DNA of 64,000 nucleotides from Acidimicrobiia bacterium (GTDB lineage Bacteria; Actinomycetota; Acidimicrobiia; Spongiisociales; UBA11373): NCBI GenBank assembly GCA_040902765.1, contig JBBDWO010000028.1, positions 43,946 to 107,945 of the forward strand, read 5' to 3'. Shown piece by piece: positions 60,118 to 64,000 of this stretch (position 1 is its first letter; each line of letters starts with the position of its first letter). The notes under the pieces were generated by a model. It saw only the letters and a program-made list of their open reading frames with translations, ran no database searches and was not told where the DNA came from. The position numbers and the translations under genes were made by a program.

Positions 60118-60501
60118 ATGGCAATGTCGGCGAAGCACAAAGAGGCATTGGCGCAAGGCCGCAGAGAAGCCAGCGCGATCAAGAAGTATCTCGGAGCCCT
60201 CGGCAGGCGCCGCCCGGGACGCCCGGTGACCCCCGAGTCCCTAAAGAAGCGAGTCGCCGACCTCTCCGGCCGGCTTTCAAGCGAACAGGATGCGCTCCGA
60301 GCGGTGGAACTCCGCCAGCAGATCATCGAAGCAGAAAAGACCCTTGCCGAGGCCGACACCGCGGCGAGCGTCGACGAGCTCGAAAAGGGGTTCGTCGAGC
60401 ACGCGGCCTCCTACTCCGACCGCAAGAGGATCTCCTATGCGGCATGGAGGCAGTCCGGCGTTCCCGCGCAGGTCCTCAAGAAGGCCGGAGTTCGACGCTA
60501 G
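60118..60501 (+). CDS. K/R-rich 127-aa protein with AT-hook-like GRRRPGRP motif (nucleoid-associated protein candidate)
   Basis: Strong RBS AAAGAGGAG; AT-rich leader TTTCACATAAAGAGGAGTTCACACAAC is unusual for this genome; coiled-coil middle; the C-terminus loosely resembles the Lsr2 DNA-binding tail. Confidence 0.5.
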   Translation: MAMSAKHKEALAQGRREASAIKKYLGALGRRRPGRPVTPESLKKRVADLSGRLSSEQDALRAVELRQQIIEAEKTLAEADTAASVDELEKGFVEHAASYSDRKRISYAAWRQSGVPAQVLKKAGVRR

Positions 60502-60532
60502 GCGAGTCGGGCGGCCGTACCATGGCGCCGTC

Positions 60533-60609
60533 GGGCCCGTAGCTCAGCCGGTTAGAGCAGCGGACTCATAATCCGTAGGTCCCAGGTTCGAGTCCTGGCG
60601 GGCCCACCA
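60533..60609 (+). tRNA. tRNA-Met (elongator, anticodon CAT), CCA encoded
   Basis: Acceptor GGGCCCG/CGGGCCC with a G1-C72 pair (not initiator-like); anticodon loop CTCATAA. Confidence 0.9.
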
Positions 60610-60773
60610 GTGTTGTCGTTGTGACTACGTTCGCGGTCGGTGGTGCACTGCAGCCAGATCGTGGGGAGTCAGAGGTTGCGGTCGCTCGCGCGGCTCGTGT
60701 TCAAGCTGCGTCGGATCGGTGGCCAGCGGCGCGGCTGTTGTGTGTCCGGACTAACTAGTTGTAGAGTCGAACC

Positions 60774-61214
60774 ATGTCGAGTGCGGAGGATCTTGCTGAC
60801 GCCGTTGTGTCGTTCGTTCGCTGCTTCGGGCTTCATCGCCCTGAACAAACGTCGTGTGGCTTTGACGCCGGTGTCGCTGAAGCACATGCGCTCATCGAGC
60901 TCGAGCATGGTCCGCTACGTCAGATGGAGCTCGTGGATCTTCTGGGTCTCGCCAAGAGCACTGTGAGCCGGGTCGTATCTGTCATGGTCGAGCGCGGTTG
61001 GGTTGCTCGTGAGTCATCTGAGAGTGACGGACGTGGCGTGACTTTGTCGCTGACCGATGATGGACGCGACGCTGCCAACCGACTGAGCCGCGCACGCGCC
61101 TTGCGTATGCAGGCGCTCCTCGACCAGGTCCCACCTAGCCAGCGCGATGAAGTCGTTGAGGTGCTGCGGGTGCTGCAGGATGCTGCCCATGCCACCGACA
61201 TGGGCAGACGGTGA
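60774..61214 (+). CDS. MarR-family transcriptional regulator
   Basis: Winged HTH LRQMELVDLLGLAKSTVSRVVSVMVERGWV; AACTAGTT palindrome at 60753-60760 just upstream. Confidence 0.8.
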   Translation: MSSAEDLADAVVSFVRCFGLHRPEQTSCGFDAGVAEAHALIELEHGPLRQMELVDLLGLAKSTVSRVVSVMVERGWVARESSESDGRGVTLSLTDDGRDAANRLSRARALRMQALLDQVPPSQRDEVVEVLRVLQDAAHATDMGRR

Positions 61215-61251
61215 CTAGAACCGTCGCTCAGCAGATCACCGCGGCCACCAC

Positions 61252-62502
61252 GTGATCTCGTACATCGCCTCCGAGCTACGGCGGCGGCCGTCGCGCACCC
61301 TTGCCGCGCTCGTCAGCATCGGCATCGGCATAGCGTTGTTCCTCAGCCTCCAGGCCTACGCAGGCGGTTTCCGTGAAGCTGCCCGTGCACCGCTATCCGA
61401 GGTGGGTGCTGCCATCACCGCTCAGCGACAGGGTGATGTGCCCGAGGTCTTCGAAGGTATCGTGTTCCCGCACTCCGTTGGCCCGCTCCACCCGGACGAG
61501 ATCGAGGCGATTGCTGCTATCGATGGTGTTGAAGAGGTGGCCGAGAGCCTCTTTTTTTGGTCCTTCGAGGATGACGGTTTCGTCGCTGGTCTGGGTATTG
61601 ATCCTTCCGTGGATTTTGGCCCGGGGCGCCTGAGGACAGCTCTTGTCGATGGCCGTTTCCTGGAGCCCGACGAGCGCGGGATCGCCGTTGCCGACACCAG
61701 CTACGCCCACCAGAGCGGGCTGGGCGTCAACGACTTCACCACCATTGCAGGTCGATCCTTCACCATTGTCGGCCTCGTCGACACAACTCGCGTGGGCCAG
61801 GTAGCCAACGCCAACGTATACATACCGCTGGTCGATGCACAGGAGATGGCCGCAGAGGCCCCGAACGTCCTCTCTGTACACGACATGGGAGCCGATGACG
61901 CCAACCTGCTGTTCCTCAAAGCGGAACAGACGCAGTCTGAGGGCGTTGTCGCCGCAGCGGAGGCCATCTTGGGCCCCGATGCGCTCGTCTCGTCGGCGGA
62001 GTCTTTCGGTGAGCAACTCGGGGTGCTGTTCGACCTAATCGACCGGTTCGGGGTCGTCGTTGGGCTGATGGCGTTCCTGTTCGCTGTCGCCATCTTGTTG
62101 CGGACCATCGCTGTTGGGGTGTGGGAACGACGCCGCGAGATCGCGATGATGCGTGCGGTCGGTTGGCGTCGTCGTGACATCACGCGTCAGCTTCTGTCTG
62201 AGACACTCGTCATCACCTTCCTCGGTGCAGCGGTGGGGGTGGCCTTCGCCTCGGTCATCACCGCGGTGATGAGCAGGTCGATAGTCGTCGTGCCGGTCCC
62301 GTGGGAGCTGAGTCCGTCACCACACTTCCTGCCTGGTGGGGCAGAAGACGTGGCGGTCGTTGTGCCTCTGATGGCCCGCTTGACACCTGCCACGGCCTTG
62401 GCCGCCCTCCTACTGGCGCTTGTTGCAGCGACGATCGTCGGAGTCTGGCTACCGCGTCGACTTGCCAACATCAAACCAGCGGAGGTACTGAGAAGTGAGT
62501 GA
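61252..62502 (+). CDS. ABC transporter permease, FtsX/MacB-like
   Basis: N-terminal TM helix, a periplasmic domain of about 220 aa and a C-terminal FtsX 3-TM bundle. Confidence 0.7.
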   Translation: MISYIASELRRRPSRTLAALVSIGIGIALFLSLQAYAGGFREAARAPLSEVGAAITAQRQGDVPEVFEGIVFPHSVGPLHPDEIEAIAAIDGVEEVAESLFFWSFEDDGFVAGLGIDPSVDFGPGRLRTALVDGRFLEPDERGIAVADTSYAHQSGLGVNDFTTIAGRSFTIVGLVDTTRVGQVANANVYIPLVDAQEMAAEAPNVLSVHDMGADDANLLFLKAEQTQSEGVVAAAEAILGPDALVSSAESFGEQLGVLFDLIDRFGVVVGLMAFLFAVAILLRTIAVGVWERRREIAMMRAVGWRRRDITRQLLSETLVITFLGAAVGVAFASVITAVMSRSIVVVPVPWELSPSPHFLPGGAEDVAVVVPLMARLTPATALAALLLALVAATIVGVWLPRRLANIKPAEVLRSE

Positions 62503-63160
62503 TCTGTTGCGGACTGAGTCGTTGGGCAAGTCCTTCGGGAACGTGAGAGCTGTGCGCAACCTCTCGATGCGTATCGACCGTGGAGAGATCGTCGCCATGA
62601 TGGGTCGTTCCGGATCTGGGAAGAGCACCGCCATGCATCTTCTGGCCGGCCTTGAGCAACCGACCGGCGGCCATGTCTATTACGAGGACCGCGACCTAGC
62701 CGGTCTCGATGAGGATGAGCTTGCGCTGTGGCGGCGCGCCAACATCGGGCTCATCTTCCAAGCTTTCCACCTCATCCCCACGCTGACCGCGCTCGAAAAC
62801 GTCGCCTTCCCCCTTTATCCCGAGAAGGTGCCGACTTCTGAGCGCCGCGATCGCGCGTCGGCCGGTCTCGAGGCGGTGGGGCTCTCTGACCGTGCCGACC
62901 ACCGCCCATCCCAACTGTCGGGGGGAGAGCAGCAGCGGGTGGCCGTTGCTCGAGCCCTTATCAACGGCCCAGGCCTGATCCTCGCCGACGAGCCGACCGG
63001 CAATCTGGACACCGATACGGGCAGCGAGATTCTCGAGCTATTCCACGATCTTCGCGATAAGGCTGGCGTGGCAATGCTCATCGTCACCCACGACGACGAG
63101 GTGGCCGCTTCTGCAGACCGGATAATCGAGATGAGAGACGGTGAGAGAGTCGATGGCTAG
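62495..63160 (+). CDS. ABC transporter ATP-binding protein (LolD/MacB-type)
   Basis: Walker [10 protein letters not shown], signature [13 protein letters not shown], Walker [12 protein letters not shown]. Confidence 0.85.
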   Translation: MSDLLRTESLGKSFGNVRAVRNLSMRIDRGEIVAMMGRSGSGKSTAMHLLAGLEQPTGGHVYYEDRDLAGLDEDELALWRRANIGLIFQAFHLIPTLTALENVAFPLYPEKVPTSERRDRASAGLEAVGLSDRADHRPSQLSGGEQQRVAVARALINGPGLILADEPTGNLDTDTGSEILELFHDLRDKAGVAMLIVTHDDEVAASADRIIEMRDGERVDG

Positions 63161-63632
63161 AACAACCGGCCTGAAAATCTTGCAAACCCGGCGCCAGGCG
63201 AGGCAATGGCAGGCGGTGATGTTGCTGTTGCTTGCTTTAGCGTTGGTGGCCGCGGCATGCAGCTCGGATAGCAGTGGGAGTGACGGTTCGTTGCTGGGCG
63301 ATCAGGTGCTGATAGAGATCATCTCGCTCGATCACGCACCGATCCGCCCGGCCGTGGAGGACGTGTTGCGCCTTGCGGCGGAATACGGCGACGACATCGC
63401 TGTGGAGGCATACTTCTTCGACTCTCCAGAGGGTGAGGACTTCGCCGCGGAGAAGGGCATTACCGAGCACGTCCCGCTAGCGATCTATATCAACGGTGTG
63501 TCCGAGTTCATCGTCGAGAGCCGCACAGTGAAACTCGAAGGCTTTCCGCAGGGCGAAGGTACCGACGTCGTGGCCGATGGAAGCTGGACGATCGACGACC
63601 TGCGAGTAGTGCTCGACCGCGCAACCGGCTGA
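63153..63632 (+). CDS. Hypothetical lipoprotein (ABC accessory?)
   Basis: Lipobox LVAAAC; no recognised domain; TGATG overlap with the next permease. Confidence 0.45.
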   Translation: MARTTGLKILQTRRQARQWQAVMLLLLALALVAAACSSDSSGSDGSLLGDQVLIEIISLDHAPIRPAVEDVLRLAAEYGDDIAVEAYFFDSPEGEDFAAEKGITEHVPLAIYINGVSEFIVESRTVKLEGFPQGEGTDVVADGSWTIDDLRVVLDRATG

Positions 63633-64000
63633 TGCTGACGTACCTGCTGGCGGAGGGACGACACCGTCCCAACCGGGCGTTGGGAAGCCTCGCTGGTGTC
63701 GCCCTCGGCGTGGCGTTGTTCGTTTCGCTCGTCTCCGTCGCCGACGGCTTTCGCGAGGCCGCTCACCAGCCGTTGGCCGATATCGGCGCCGACATCGTCT
63801 TCAGCCGCCCCGATGGGCAAAACGCAGCGGGTGCACAGACAACCCGCGGCGTGCGTCAGCCGTTCGGCTTGGCGCTGCTCACGACTGCAGAGGTCGATCA
63901 GGTGCAGCGGCTATGGGGAGTCGGTGGAGCGACAGGGGGCCTCCTGCTTTGGGATTTTTCGGCCAGTACCTACCAGACCTTGCTGGGCGTAGATCTCGCT
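63632..64000 (+). CDS. Second FtsX/MacB-like permease (5' partial, runs off the window)
   Basis: [44 protein letters not shown] parallels the N-terminus of the 61252 permease. Confidence 0.5.
   Translation, partial: MLTYLLAEGRHRPNRALGSLAGVALGVALFVSLVSVADGFREAAHQPLADIGADIVFSRPDGQNAAGAQTTRGVRQPFGLALLTTAEVDQVQRLWGVGGATGGLLLWDFSASTYQTLLGVDLA

Overview
This is a 64-kb high-GC chromosomal segment that looks Actinomycetota-like. Most of it is conserved housekeeping synteny: rpmA-obg, nadD-rsfS, a divergent zinc-uptake locus (znuA-znuB opposite zur-znuC), leuS, comEA-comEC-holA, greA, rpsT, lepA-hemW-hrcA-dnaJ, a translationally coupled phoH-7TMHD-ybeY-corC-era operon, dps, recO-uppS, glyS-dnaG-sigma70, mgtE and an aapJQMP-like amino-acid ABC operon. 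Three tRNAs are present: Ala(GGC), Asn(GTT) and Met(CAT). Interrupting this backbone are several accessory or unusual elements:
1. A ~4-kb islet runs from tRNA-Ala to a 48-bp direct repeat of its 3' end. It carries a secreted S1 (alpha-lytic-like) protease, two lipoproteins and a decayed DUF433/DUF5615 toxin-antitoxin-like pair, with a +1 frameshift in a G-run of DUF433. No integrase is present.
2. A ~1.9-kb islet runs from tRNA-Asn to a degenerate copy of its 3' end. It carries a 60-aa tyrosine-integrase C-terminal remnant, a NIPSNAP-like gene and an alpha/beta hydrolase.
3. An IS110-family element (DEDD transposase) is bracketed by two near-identical 134-bp direct repeats with GC hairpin ends. 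About 200 bp of non-coding DNA lies 5' of the transposase and could encode a bridge RNA.
4. A MoxR AAA+ / VWA (CoxD-CoxE or NorQ-NorD type) pair plus an orphan CheY-like receiver sits between obg and nadD.
5. Tandem heptanucleotide arrays (GCGAGTA / GAGGGGC / GCGAATT / CCAAGTA units) lie at the 3' ends of four genes. In two cases the array supplies the CDS stop codon.
6. A 93-nt nested perfect palindrome lies between a thioesterase gene and dps.
7. A small HExxH (DUF4157-like) protein is translationally coupled to a CPBP intramembrane protease.
8. Two overlapping Cys-rich small ORFs, one of them MymT-metallothionein-like, sit upstream of mgtE.
9. A K/R-rich protein with an AT-hook-like motif and an AT-rich leader lies next to tRNA-Met. 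It is followed by a lower-GC MarR plus FtsX/MacB-type ABC locus that may be another island.
No CRISPR array or rRNA was seen. Many long antisense ORFs in the six-frame track are high-GC artefacts. Coordinates are hand-indexed and may be off by one nucleotide; the 41667 start (pterin dehydratase) is a known case where hand-indexing gave 41666.
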